This document shows positions 21,001-30,027 of a DNA stretch of 64,000 nucleotides, one piece after another. How positions within the stretch are numbered: position 1 is the first letter of the stretch; every line of letters starts with the position of its first letter. Position numbers and translations under genes: made by a program. The notes beneath the pieces were generated by a model that was not told the DNA's origin, did no database searches, and saw only the letters and a program-made list of their open reading frames with translations. The stretch is from an uncultured Spirochaetota bacterium (lineage in GTDB: Bacteria; Spirochaetota; UBA4802; UBA5550), in contig CAWHAA010000008.1 in assembly GCA_963827275.1 (NCBI GenBank), positions 128,001 to 192,000 on the forward strand, in the 5' to 3' direction.

Positions 21001-24000
21001 CCTGGAGGTAACGCTCCTCGACGACACCGTTGAGCCGGGCGGCAGCGCGTCGCTCCTGGTCGAGTCGGCCGCGAGGGACGCCTTCGTCCTTCTGGACATC
21101 GTGCGCCAGGGCTCGGTGACGGAACGAAAGCTGGTGCGGCCGGCCGGCGGCAGGAAGATCGTAACAGTCCCTGTCCGAGAAAAGGACAGGGGCAACATCC
21201 ATTACCGGTATGCCTGTATCAGGGACGGCAGGCTCCATTCCGGCTCGGGGACCATAACGGTGCCCTGGACGAATAAGGAGCTCAGGGCGGAATTCATGAC
21301 GTTTCGCGACAGGCTCAGGCCCGGCGAAAAGGAGGAATGGCGCATCAAGATAACGGGACAGCAGGGTGAGATGGCGGCAGCGGAGCTTGTCGCGTCCATG
21401 TATGACGCATCGCTCGACGCCTTTTTGCCGCACGGGTGGAGCTTTGGCGTGAACCCCTTCTTTTACCTGTATGAATACTGGCACTCCAACACGACCTTCA
21501 CGGCGGGACAGAGCCGCCTGGCGGCGGAGGAGTGGAACCGGTATCCCGACACCTATGACCGGCATTATGACCAGCTCAACCTGTTCGGCGTGTATTTCTA
21601 TTCCCGGGGGAGGAACTACCGGATGATGAAGAGCGCCGGCAGGGAAGGGGCGGACCTTGCCGCGGATGAAAGCGCGGAACGTTCCGCTGACGGAATCAAC
21701 GCCCCGGCGGAAGCCGAAAAGAAGAAGGATGAACAATCACCGGCGCCGGCCACGAAGGGGGAGCAGAAGATTAACGGCGGCAAGGGCGACGCGCAGGCCG
21801 GCGATGCCGTGCAGGTCAGGCGGAACCTGAACGAGACGGCGTTTTTCTACCCTCACCTTGTCACCAACGAGAAGGGAGAGGTGATCATAGCGTTCACCGC
21901 GCCCGACGCACTGACCCGGTGGAAGGTCCTCGGCTTCGCCCATACCGCTGACCTGAAGTCGGTGGTATTCACTAACGAGCTTGTCACCCAGAAGGAGGTG
22001 ATGGTGACCCCGAACGTGCCGCGGTTTCTCAGGGAAGGGGACCGCGTCGTCATCAGCGCCAAGGTAACCAACATGACCGATAAAGCCCTGTCCGGAAGGG
22101 CGGAGCTCCTGCTCTTTGATGCGGTCAGCATGAAGCCCCTTGACCGGGAGCTTTCGAACGGTACGCCGCGGGCGCCATTCACGCTGCCTGCCAGGGGGAA
22201 CGCGGTCGTGTCCTGGCCGGTGAGGGTGCCGGCATCGGTCGAGGCGGTGACCTGGCGGGTCACGGCGCGGGCGGGCGATTTCAGCGACGGCGAGGAATCG
22301 ACCCTGCCGGTCCTGTCGAACCGCATGATGGTCACCGAGAGCCTGCCGCTTCCGGTGCGGGGGAACCAGACCAGGGATTACACCTTCACGAAGCTGGTCA
22401 ACGCGAAACAGTCGGACACCCTGACCCATTACCGCCTGACACTGGAGTTCACCTCCAACCCGGCATGGTACGCGGTCCAGGCGCTCCCCTACCTGATGGA
22501 ATATCCGCATGAATGCGCGGAGCAGGTCTTCAGCCGGTTTTATTCAAACAGCCTCGCCTCGCACATCGTCGGCTCGAGCCCGAGGATACGGGCGGTGTTC
22601 GACCGGTGGAAGGAGAGCGGTGCGCTCCTGTCGAACCTCCAGAAGAACGAGGAGCTGAAATCCGTGATGATACAGGAGACGCCCTGGCTGCTCAACGGGC
22701 GCAGCGAGGAGGAGAACAAGAAGAGGGTCGCGCTCCTCTTCGACCTGAACAGGATGTCACATGAGCTTGACCGGGCCTTCGCGAAGCTCGGGGAGATGCA
22801 GGGAAGCAACGGCGGATGGCCCTGGTTCACCGGCCTTCCCGAGAGCTGGTACATCACCCAGCATATCCTGGCAGGGCTTGCCAAGCTCGAGGCGCTCGGC
22901 GTGAAGGGCGCCGCGCGCGAGGGGACCGCGGACATGACCGCGCGGGGGCTCGCCTTCATAGACCTCGCCGTCAAGAGGGACTATGATTACCTGGTCGCGA
23001 ACAGGATTGACCTGAAGCAGAAGAACATCGGGTATATACACTACCACTACCTGTATTCACGGAGCTTCTTCAGGGACGTGCCGCTCACGAAGGGGTGCAC
23101 GGAAGCGTTCAATTACTGGAAGGGCCAGGTGGCGAAGCACTGGCCCAAGGACGGGCCCTACGTGAAGGGCCTCGCCGCCGTGGCCCTGTCCCGCTTCGGC
23201 GAGGCGAAGACGGCCGGGGCGATCATCGCGTCTCTCAGGGAAACAGCGATCTACAATGACGAGCTCGGCATGTACTGGAAGGAAAACGTCGGCGGCTACT
23301 GGTGGCACCAGGCGCCGGTGGAGACGCAGGCGCTCCTGATCGAAGCCTTCGAGGAGGTCGCGCGCGACCGCACGGCCGCGGACGACATGCGGACCTGGCT
23401 CCTGAAATCGAAGCAGACGCAGCACTGGAGCACCACCAAGGCCACGACGGACGCCTGCTACGCGCTCCTGATGGGCGGCTCGGAGTGGATTAAGAACGAC
23501 TCACTGGCCGAGATACTGCTCGGCGGCGAGAAGGTCGATCCCGCCGCCGCGGGCGCGAAGACCGAGGCGGGCACCGGCTATTTCAAGATGAGCTGGACGA
23601 AAAGCGAGATACGCCCGAAGATGGGAAGGGTGCGGGTGGTAAATAAAAACAGCAACCCCGCCTGGGGCGCGCTCTACTGGCAGTATTTCGAACAGATGGA
23701 CAAAATCACCGCGCATGAAACGCCGCTGAAGCTCGAGAAGAAATTCTTCCTGGTGGTCTCCACCGATAAAGGGCCGGTCCTTGAGCCGGTGACCGGGACA
23801 ACCAGGCTCAAGCCGGGCGACAGGCTGAAGGTGCGCATCGTGCTGCGGGTCGACCGCGACATGGACTATGTGCACATGAAGGACCTCCGCGCCGCGGGCA
23901 CGGAGCCGGAGAACGTCCTCTCCGGGCACCGGTACCAGGACGGGCTCTGGTACTACGAGAGCACGAAGGACGCGGCTACGCATTTTTTCATCGAGCGACT

Positions 24001-24142
24001 CCCGAAAGGCACGTTCGTGTTCGAGTATCCGCTCGTGGTCAACCTGAAGGGAAATTTTTCGGCCGGGATTACCACTATCCAGTGCATGTACGCGCCGGAG
24101 TTCACCTCCCATTCGGAAGGGGCGCGGCTGACGGTTGAATGA
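18017..24142 (+). CDS. Bacterial alpha-2-macroglobulin family protein
   Basis: FTDRSIYRPG (MG2), ETAFFYP, PDALTRW, PRFLREGD, thioester motif CAEQ and C-terminal CMYAPEF. Confidence 0.92.
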   Translation: MKAIKHAFLIFLLSLLIVPLYGPHTRGKSSPAEKTAVAAARTEYNAYTDRWQAVEESDGAGKPRSALEAVEKILILARKERNAPQIVKALVHRVKYLMEVGEKEHPDILRMLESEAAAARFPEKPLLQSLLAEAYWSYFSANRWAFYNRTATVTLKEDDVATWDLAKIMERSITLHRESVLEAERLKKVPLGLMDEIVTRGSAPRGYRPTLYDFLAHRAVDFFMTDENQLTRPAREFEIDSAGYFGPAEKFAALAMAQNDPLSLRYNAARLLQELTRFHLADPASDPGALVDVELKRLRFAREKAVVPDRESLYINALRLLGRRHGSHPSSALVSYEIAEWLRARGLEWKEGSPDDHRWSIRKSAEIASGVISRFPGSEGALLCAPLTVMDKNLSLTAERVNAPGRPFRILVKYKNLARLHLRAVKISADECETLDSDNEATEKKIERLVKRASLHEWSVALPDDGDLREHAAEVAAPPLEAGCYALLAGTEKTFSFNGSAVAFMTTTVSNLGFVHRLSLKKGAFFCVTRRDTGEPLGGVSAVISGRKYDYSKSRYVTSVLGRLVSDKNGVIIFPMDKKNDYYHSTMSITLTSGTDRLKSEFYSYAHGEGSRNDYQTHFFTDRSIYRPGQTIYFKAILLKLDGDRQYKICAGQDTIVELLDHNSQKAGEVRLRSNRYGTVSGSFTAPSGVLTGQMTIRNGSGAQAIRVEEYKRPRFEAGFTPVRGNYRLGEKIAVSGFARSYSGAPLSDAAVRYTVVRKVWFMYRWGGWYYRHYNGQETVMGKGEARTDAKGEFTVRFDALPDTRIPRSEQPAFSYEVQADVTDINGETHGASTGITAGYTALVVDIPNLPQAIDTGKRLALEVNSRNFSGEFVPAKGTLSIARVKEPERLLRPRLWEQPDRFVMSAKEYAVQFPNDIYKDENAPENRGIEKVWYSAAFDTGRERTVIPGDISTWPDGDYLVSIETRDAYGETIRYRRYVSAYATREGRTSRKKYLEVTLLDDTVEPGGSASLLVESAARDAFVLLDIVRQGSVTERKLVRPAGGRKIVTVPVREKDRGNIHYRYACIRDGRLHSGSGTITVPWTNKELRAEFMTFRDRLRPGEKEEWRIKITGQQGEMAAAELVASMYDASLDAFLPHGWSFGVNPFFYLYEYWHSNTTFTAGQSRLAAEEWNRYPDTYDRHYDQLNLFGVYFYSRGRNYRMMKSAGREGADLAADESAERSADGINAPAEAEKKKDEQSPAPATKGEQKINGGKGDAQAGDAVQVRRNLNETAFFYPHLVTNEKGEVIIAFTAPDALTRWKVLGFAHTADLKSVVFTNELVTQKEVMVTPNVPRFLREGDRVVISAKVTNMTDKALSGRAELLLFDAVSMKPLDRELSNGTPRAPFTLPARGNAVVSWPVRVPASVEAVTWRVTARAGDFSDGEESTLPVLSNRMMVTESLPLPVRGNQTRDYTFTKLVNAKQSDTLTHYRLTLEFTSNPAWYAVQALPYLMEYPHECAEQVFSRFYSNSLASHIVGSSPRIRAVFDRWKESGALLSNLQKNEELKSVMIQETPWLLNGRSEEENKKRVALLFDLNRMSHELDRAFAKLGEMQGSNGGWPWFTGLPESWYITQHILAGLAKLEALGVKGAAREGTADMTARGLAFIDLAVKRDYDYLVANRIDLKQKNIGYIHYHYLYSRSFFRDVPLTKGCTEAFNYWKGQVAKHWPKDGPYVKGLAAVALSRFGEAKTAGAIIASLRETAIYNDELGMYWKENVGGYWWHQAPVETQALLIEAFEEVARDRTAADDMRTWLLKSKQTQHWSTTKATTDACYALLMGGSEWIKNDSLAEILLGGEKVDPAAAGAKTEAGTGYFKMSWTKSEIRPKMGRVRVVNKNSNPAWGALYWQYFEQMDKITAHETPLKLEKKFFLVVSTDKGPVLEPVTGTTRLKPGDRLKVRIVLRVDRDMDYVHMKDLRAAGTEPENVLSGHRYQDGLWYYESTKDAATHFFIERLPKGTFVFEYPLVVNLKGNFSAGITTIQCMYAPEFTSHSEGARLTVE

Positions 24143-24169
24143 GGAGCGGGGGGATAGTTTCCCGCCGGG

Positions 24170-24538
24170 CTAGGTGATGCGGTTGTCGGAGATGAACTTC
24201 CGGAATTCGGACATGATCAGTTCCGGGTCATCGACCCTGTCCGCCATGAGGTCCCTGAGCCTGCCGTAGGATTCCAGGGTCATGCGGGTGAGCCTGACCG
24301 CGGTGCCGGCCGGACCGGAGCGTATGACCTCGCCGGGCAGCGTCAGGTTCAGCCGGGAGCCCCCGTTTTCAAGGATGATCTCGACATCGACGACCGCGTA
24401 GAGCGGCAGCTCCACGGGGATGTCGATGCATACGCCGCACAGGCTGATGTTGAGCAGGGTCCCGGCAATCGGCCTCTCCCCGTGCCGGATGACCGCATTG
24501 ATCGAAAAGGGGATCCTGGTGCTTGTCCTTCGTTCCAT
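24170..24538 (-). CDS. PilZ domain protein (c-di-GMP receptor)
   Basis: RRTSTR (RxxxR) and NISLCG (D/NxSxxG) motifs. Confidence 0.85.
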   Translation of the reverse strand: MERRTSTRIPFSINAVIRHGERPIAGTLLNISLCGVCIDIPVELPLYAVVDVEIILENGGSRLNLTLPGEVIRSGPAGTAVRLTRMTLESYGRLRDLMADRVDDPELIMSEFRKFISDNRIT

Positions 24539-24672
24539 ACGCCTGCGCACTGTGTTGTTGTATCAGCGTGGACGCTCATGGCCGCGGGTGCGACGGCGGC
24601 TCTCAGTCACCTGAACGGCCGAAAATTTCCTTGATTAATTTCTGTACCGGTGCAATATAACGGCATATACCG

Positions 24673-25092
24673 ATGAAATTTGCAAGGATTTTTATCATGG
24701 CCGCCGCAGCCTGCCTGGCGGCCGGTTGCGTACGCAGCACGGTACCGAATGCGGGGCAGCGGCACGACACGGCCGCGGAGGTCCGCGATGACGGCGAATC
24801 GCGCGATGAATGCAGGGAAGCGATACGGCGCGCGCGGGTCGACGCGAGAAGCGGCCGGTACCGGATGTACGTGTTCGGGCGGGAGCGGTACGAGCCGGCC
24901 TTCGCGCGCTTTCTCGCAGAATACATGAATACCAGGTACGGCATCGACCTCGTGGTGTCCGCTCCCGGGGACCCCGCCAGAAGCCAGTGCTACAGCAATG
25001 AAATGGATAAGATAATAATGAACACCTTCGGGCCGGATATACTGGCCGACGCGGAGCAGGAAGCCAGGGAACTGTTCGACCCGCAAAAATAA
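24673..25092 (+). CDS. Hypothetical lipoprotein
   Basis: MKFAR...LAAGC lipobox. Confidence 0.7.
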   Translation: MKFARIFIMAAAACLAAGCVRSTVPNAGQRHDTAAEVRDDGESRDECREAIRRARVDARSGRYRMYVFGRERYEPAFARFLAEYMNTRYGIDLVVSAPGDPARSQCYSNEMDKIIMNTFGPDILADAEQEARELFDPQK

Positions 25093-25165
25093 CGCCGGGG
25101 GACCGGGATATCGTCCCCGGGCCCGGCCGTCCCCGTATCACAATACTGCCGCGAGGAGGTATCGC

Positions 25166-25722
25166 ATGGGGAAAAAAATTCTCTTTTATCAGCCCTGTTC
25201 ATGTTTATTATCATGTCAGTGTCCTGCGCGAAAGAAGGAAATTCTGATAATCCCGGAGGTGCGTCAATGGGTACAATCACGGTAACAAGCAGTGCGTTCA
25301 AGGAAGGGGAGATGATCCCGAAAAAATTCACCTGCGATGACCGCGACGTTTCGCCGCAGCTGTCGTGGACGGGCGTCCCCGCGGGCGCGAAGAGCATCGC
25401 CCTGATCTGCGATGACCCGGACGCCCCGGCCGGCACCTGGGTCCACTGGGTGCTGTTCAACCTCCCGGCAACGACGACCGGTCTTCCGGAAGGGATAGCG
25501 AAGCTCCCGGGCGGCGCCCTGCAGGGTATCAACGACTTCAGGAAGATTACCTACGGCGGCCCCTGCCCGCCGGGCGGCACGCACCGCTACTACTTCAAGG
25601 TATATGCCCTTGACACGATGCTCTCACTGAAGGAGCGCGCCTCAAAGGGAGACCTTCTCAGGGCGATGGAGGGGCACATTCTGGGCCAGGGCCAGCTCAT
25701 GGGGAAGTACAAGCGCAGTTAG
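25166..25722 (+). CDS. YbhB/YbcL (PEBP, Raf kinase inhibitor-like) lipoprotein
   Basis: DPDAP, WVHW, YGGPCPP and HRYYFKVYALD motifs. The real start is probably ATG 25166 after GAGGAGG; adding one T to the run at ~25184 gives MGKKILFLSALFMFIIMSVSC. Confidence 0.88.
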
Positions 25723-25934
25723 TGTAACTTAACTTTACAGATCACCGCCAGGCCAAAGGCCCGGATCCCGGCGATGGGGCAGGGGAGCGCCGGAGGCGCG
25801 TGCGGGGGGGCGGCAAGGGGGAGGGGGCGGAAAAAGCCCGCGAGCCGCCGGGGGGCGATTGATGAATGCCTGGATTACTAAAGATTATTAACGGAGATAG
25901 AGCCAGCGGGCATTTTTCTCATTCTGTCTTTGCC

Positions 25935-26088
25935 TATTTCAGAATGAAGAAAGGGCCGTGATAATCGATTTCTCTCGCTAATTCCCGAAAATTTATTGCT
26001 ATTTGAACATACCGCTGTTGTACTAATCCGCGGGTAGGCATTCTTTTCGACTTTTCATAAATTTTTCTCAATTTTCTCGGCGCTCGCG
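25935..26088 (+). mobile_element. Remnant of a second IS91-like copy: last 8 transposase codons (YFRMKKGP*) plus downstream leader
   Basis: Diverged inverted copy of 32386-32538; both end in YFRMKKGP*. Confidence 0.8.
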
Positions 26089-26149
26089 AAATTTTAAGCT
26101 TCTGTCCAGCGCTTTTTCTGCTGGAGGGGGGCACATTTACTAAGGGAGT
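26089..26149 (+). repeat. Array repeat L1 (hairpin core CCAGC-GCTTTTTCT-GCTGG)
   Basis: AAATTTTAAGCTTCTGTCCAGCGCTTTTTCTGCTGGAGGGGGGCACATTTACTAAGGGAGT; same core as the 125-bp repeats, opposite orientation. Confidence 0.85.
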
Positions 26150-26217
26150 ATCTTGGAAAATAACGGTATGAATACGGTGATAATATACACCATATTTACT
26201 GTATTTGAGGTAACACT

Positions 26218-26733
26218 ATGAGAAAAATTTTAATTATTATTATAATATCTTTTTTCTTTGTGAATTGTAGTAAAAATGAAAACAAGGTATTCTTAATACA
26301 ACCAAAAGATATAATAGGAGTAACACAATCCTCGTTTTATTGTTATGGAAGATCATGGGATTTCCAAGAAAGTTTTAAACCTTTGATTGAGAATAATATT
26401 CTTTATTTGCATTTTAGGGGTTCCATCCGTGATGATTATACTTTTTGTTTTACATTGGAACCCTTTGAAAAACATCTTGATCCCAATCCAATAACTTTCA
26501 CAGGAAAAAAAAATATATCTATTGAATTAGAAAAAAAAATTGAAAAACAAATATCTTTTGACATCTCGATGACCAATGATAAATATTATATTTCCAGCCA
26601 ACGTATTGACGCAAAAAATACATTAAAAATCCAGATGCCATTGCCTTCAAATGGAAAGTCTATTAATAGTATTGTAATATTTTTTGTTGGGGAACCATGC
26701 ATAATAGGGATCAAGTCAATTTATCTGGAGTGA
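26218..26733 (+). CDS. AT-rich hypothetical lipoprotein (cassette cargo, possibly immunity-like)
   Basis: MRK + hydrophobic stretch + FVNC lipobox; GAGG RBS; lies between repeats L1 and L2. Confidence 0.75.
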   Translation: MRKILIIIIISFFFVNCSKNENKVFLIQPKDIIGVTQSSFYCYGRSWDFQESFKPLIENNILYLHFRGSIRDDYTFCFTLEPFEKHLDPNPITFTGKKNISIELEKKIEKQISFDISMTNDKYYISSQRIDAKNTLKIQMPLPSNGKSINSIVIFFVGEPCIIGIKSIYLE

Positions 26734-26756
26734 TGGGACTGTCAGATATTTTGTGG

Positions 26757-26814
26757 AAATTTTGTGCCCCCCCAGCGCTTTTTCTGCTGGAGGGGGGGCT
26801 CTTTTGAGAGGGAT
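26757..26814 (+). repeat. Array repeat L2
   Basis: AAATTTTGTGCCCCCCCAGCGCTTTTTCTGCTGGAGGGGGGGCTCTTTTGAGAGGGAT; diverged direct repeat of L1. Confidence 0.85.
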
Positions 26815-26988
26815 ACCCCTTCACATAAAACGCATTCAGCCGTATCATCCCTAGTACGATAAGGGCCTTTTCTTCTACGATAGAAACAGAGCCCACGACG
26901 GCCCTATACCCACCTAACGCTAGCACTGCAAACAATCGCAAGTACGGTTACCCCAGCCAGTGCCGAGGTCAATAACCAAAATATATAA

Positions 26989-28327
26989 GATAACGTATAG
27001 TATCTTTCGCACATTTTTCATGCAATAAAAAAGTCCTCTAACTGACGAAAATTAAATTACCACACTTAAAAACGTCAGGAGGAGGACTTTTATGAAAGCT
27101 GATAAGATTATCGAGGTGAACGAGGAAAAAATCAAGCAACATTTGGGAGAATTTGTCAGAGGAACTGTGGAAGAAACACTCAATACCCTGCTTGATGCCG
27201 AAGCAGATGCAATCTGTAATGCCCAGAAGTATGAGCATACAACTGAGAGAAAAGATACCAGGGCTGGCTATTATGAACGAAAATTTCATACTAAGGCTGG
27301 AGAAGTAAGCCTGAAGATGCCCAAACTGAGGACTTTGCCATTCGATACGGCGATCATTGAGCGATATAAACGGCGGGAAATCTCCGTAGAAGAATCATTG
27401 GTTGAGATGTACCTGGCCGGTGTATCGGTAAGGCGTGTTGAAGATATTACTGAGGCACTCTGGGGAACTAAGGTTTCGCCAGGCACCATAAGCAATTTAA
27501 ACAAGAAGGTATACCAGCATATTGAGACATGGCGGAATAGGAAGATTACAGGATCCTATGCCTACGTATATCTCGACGGCATATGGCTTAAGAGAAGCTG
27601 GGGTGGCGAAGTACGCAATATATCGGTGTTAATAGCATTTGGGGTCAATTCCGAGGGTTTCAGAGAGATTTTAGGGGTAGCCGAAGGAGCCAAAGAAGAT
27701 AAAGAGAGCTGGCAGGGATTCTTGCGCTATTTGAAAGATAGGGGTTTAACAGGCGTCCGGTTGTTTGTTTCCGATAAAAGCCTTGGTCTTGTCGAAAGCC
27801 TTGCCCATTTTTATCCTGAAGCAAAATGGCAGCGTTGTATTGTTCATTTCTATCGGAATGTATTTACTATGGTGCCTCATGGCAAGGTAAAGATGGTTGC
27901 TACGATGTTAAAAGCCATTCATGCCCAGGAGGACAAGCAGGCCGCCCGGGAGAAAGCCCGGAATGTGGTCGAGAAACTTAAACAAATGAAACTGCAAAAA
28001 GCTGCTGAACTGGTTTCTGAATCTATTGATGAAACATTGAGTTATTATGATTTCCCATATGAACACAGGAGAAGAATCAGGACCAATAATCCATTGGAAC
28101 GAATACTGAAAGAGGTGAGAAGACGTACTCGTGTTGTCGGAGCATTTCCTGATGGCGAATCGGCCTTGATGCTGGTCGCGGCTCGGCTGAGGTATATTGC
28201 ATCTTCTTCATGGGGTGCGAAAAGATATCTTAACATGGATCATTTGAAAGATTTACTCATTGATATAGCATAGGAATTAACGTCAGTTAGAGGAAAAAGA
28301 AAAAAGCGAAAGATTATTGACACTATC
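26989..28327 (+). mobile_element. IS256-family insertion sequence
   Basis: Imperfect terminal IRs GATAACGTATAGTATCTTTCGC / GCGAAAGATTATTGACACTATC; perfect 14-bp subterminal IR TCCTCTAACTGACG (27034) / CGTCAGTTAGAGGA (28281). No flanking duplication seen. Confidence 0.88.
27092..28273 (+). CDS. IS256-family (Mutator) DDE transposase, intact
   Basis: MYLAGVSVRRV, YVYLDG, FVSD, WQRCIVHFYRN and RTNNPLERILKEVRRRT motifs; GGAGG RBS. Confidence 0.95.
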   Translation: MKADKIIEVNEEKIKQHLGEFVRGTVEETLNTLLDAEADAICNAQKYEHTTERKDTRAGYYERKFHTKAGEVSLKMPKLRTLPFDTAIIERYKRREISVEESLVEMYLAGVSVRRVEDITEALWGTKVSPGTISNLNKKVYQHIETWRNRKITGSYAYVYLDGIWLKRSWGGEVRNISVLIAFGVNSEGFREILGVAEGAKEDKESWQGFLRYLKDRGLTGVRLFVSDKSLGLVESLAHFYPEAKWQRCIVHFYRNVFTMVPHGKVKMVATMLKAIHAQEDKQAAREKARNVVEKLKQMKLQKAAELVSESIDETLSYYDFPYEHRRRIRTNNPLERILKEVRRRTRVVGAFPDGESALMLVAARLRYIASSSWGAKRYLNMDHLKDLLIDIA

Positions 28328-28624
28328 TTGAAAAGCTTGAGCTGTTTGTTCCTCGTCTTCACGGGCTTGAACCAGCATGGCTCCTTCTTACGGACCGGAC
28401 GTATCGTTGGTTGAGCCCTGTCCCCTTTGACCCCGCTCAACACAAATGAACTGTACGTATTGGGAGCATTCAGCCGCATCACCCACTCGTCCTTATAGGG
28501 GACGGGCAGGGGTGACGTGATGCCGTGAACATTGAGATAGATGGCACGCATTTTCTGGACGTCCTCCCAGGTGCCGGAGTAGTCCTCGATGAAATTGTAC
28601 CGCTTATGAAAGCGATTTTCTTTA
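28328..28624 (-). pseudogene. Gene fragment lacking start and end (insert 3), cut by IS256
   Basis: Open frame from the repeat edge (KENRFHKRYNFIEDYSGTWEDVQKMRAIYLNVHG...KQLKLFK) running into the IS256 right end; family not recognised. Confidence 0.45.
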
Positions 28625-28749
28625 ACTTTCTAGGAATGTGCCCCCGCCTTAGAGTCGGCCCAGGTGACACAATGCTTTTTATCAGCAATTACTTCCTCTT
28701 AGATTAAGCCCCTCCAGCAGAAAAAGCGCTGGACAGGGGCTTAAAATTT
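28625..28749 (-). repeat. 125-bp array repeat R3
   Basis: Identical by eye to 30916-31040 and 32261-32385; contains the hairpin TTAAGCCCCTCCAGC-AGAAAAAGC-GCTGGA(CA)GGGGCTTAA. Confidence 0.95.
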
Positions 28750-28845
28750 ATTAAAGGTGCTCAAGAAGGACGAATCTATCGATCTGTTGAAAAATCGATA
28801 TTACGTGATAATCCTAATGTAACTGGCTATAGATACCACTATTAA
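28750..28845 (+). pseudogene. Headless C-terminal gene tail (putative toxin tip)
   Basis: 31 codons open from the repeat edge: IKGAQEGRIYRSVEKSILRDNPNVTGYRYHY*. Ends 15 nt before the immunity-like gene. Confidence 0.45.
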
Positions 28846-28860
28846 GAGAATTATTTATTT

Positions 28861-29154
28861 ATGATGGGATTTAAAAAAATTTATGAAGGTAGAGTGGCTC
28901 ATGATTCTGGCTTTGGTATTTCCTTTGAAAAGAATAAAATAAAGTATTGGGATAATGAAAAATATTTACATGTTCCATATGAGTCGATTTTAGAACCATA
29001 CAAAATAATTATTAACACATATAAATTAAACAAATGGGAAAATCCAACTGATAGGAATATTTCAATAAATGAAAAGAAGCAGATAATTGGTAATATTGAG
29101 TCATCTTTGCAATTTTTAGAAATAGATCATGAGTTTGTAAATAGTAAATACTAA
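28861..29154 (+). CDS. Small AT-rich protein resembling Imm74-type immunity proteins
   Basis: 97 aa; pattern KW..P....IS..EK..II.NI...L recalled from Imm74-like proteins (not searched). Confidence 0.5.
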   Translation: MMGFKKIYEGRVAHDSGFGISFEKNKIKYWDNEKYLHVPYESILEPYKIIINTYKLNKWENPTDRNISINEKKQIIGNIESSLQFLEIDHEFVNSKY

Positions 29155-29209
29155 AAAATTCTAAAATGCAGTTTGCTGAAACGCATCCGGCTAAACACTA
29201 AACCCAAAC

Positions 29210-29300
29210 TCCTTCCCCCCCCGTCATCCCGGTGACGGCTGGATGAGTCAGATACCGCCCTCCGGGTTATCGCTCACGAAATGTACTGCCCGGCCACAGT
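29210..29300 (-). repeat. ~90-bp GC-rich segment, inverted homolog of 31078-31168
   Basis: CCGTCATCCCGGTGACGGCTGGATGAGTCAGATACCGCCCTCCGGGTTATCGCTCACGAA matches the reverse complement of ~31098-31157 with few mismatches. Confidence 0.85.
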
Positions 29301-29390
29301 GACAACCACCTTCCGTCCCGGCAAGCGTTGTACCTGAACCAGTCCAACCTTTTTCAGTTGATCCAGCGCACGAGATGCGGTGCTGCGGTC
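29274..29390 (-). pseudogene. Winged-HTH C-terminal fragment
   Basis: DRSTASRALDQLKKVGLVQVQRLPGRKVVVTVAGQYIS*; no start codon, in-frame TAA just upstream. Confidence 0.6.
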
Positions 29391-29445
29391 TCCGGCGTTG
29401 TTTTATAACTCGCTTTATTTTTGCCAGTGGAGAGTTAATATCCAT

Positions 29446-29551
29446 TGGGACAAATGGGACAAAGAAATACTATATGCACTATATATTTTTTAAAATAATT
29501 TTTTGTATATAGTATATATGGAAAAACTGTCCCTTTTGTCCCGCCTGTCCC
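29446..29551. other. Putative iteron-type replication origin (satellite/plasmid-like)
   Basis: TGGGACAAA x2 (29446, 29455) facing TGTCCC x3 (29528, 29537, 29546), both with 9-bp period, around a ~64-bp AT-rich core. Confidence 0.6.
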
Positions 29552-29679
29552 CAAAAACCAACCCTGAAATTTGGCAGAAACTTAAACTTTATTTTAAATT
29601 TAGTTTAAATAATGTTGACATAATAAAAATTGTTTATATTATTAAATATAAAAATATTTGATGGAGTGTATATTTATTG

Positions 29680-29708
29680 TTGACAAATTTTACAGGCCAC
29701 ATTATATT
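29680..29708 (+). promoter_or_regulatory. Sigma70-type promoter upstream of the Prim-Pol leader
   Basis: TTGACA (29680-85), 17 bp, TATATT (29703-08). Confidence 0.7.
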
Positions 29709-29991
29709 GCTTTTAACCGAGAGGAAAACTATCAAGTAATCCCTCCGTATTAACTTCAACAGCACAGACCGCTGCGAAGGATTAGGAGCCGAAAGGCATT
29801 TTTTAAAAGGTCTAATCTAATTTGCGGCGGAGGTGTCCTCACACAAAACAACCCATAGTTTTATTGATTCTTATTTATTCGTATTTTTGATTTTTGAGAA
29901 AACAGTTGTACCTATCGATTAACGTAGAAAGGTTTTACCTTATCTCGATACCCTTTGTTCTCATATAAATCAATCTCAAAAATCAAAATTT

Positions 29992-30027
29992 ACCATGTTC
30001 ACGATTCACTGTGGGCATGGTTTTTTT
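29992..30027 (+). terminator. Intrinsic terminator immediately before the primase gene
   Basis: ACCATGTTCAC / GTGGGCATGGT 11-bp stem (2 G-U pairs) followed by a T run. Confidence 0.7.

Noticed and set aside
25934..26134. Paralogous small ORFs 25934..26134 and 32402..32611 (also 28525..28707)
   Set aside because: They are translations of the leader and repeat DNA with no clear RBS; the similarity is explained at the DNA level.
26832..26850. GCATTCAGCCGyATCAyCC on both sides of IS256 (also at ~28466)
   Set aside because: 19 bp with two mismatches and unrelated flanks; cannot be distinguished from chance and is not a target duplication.
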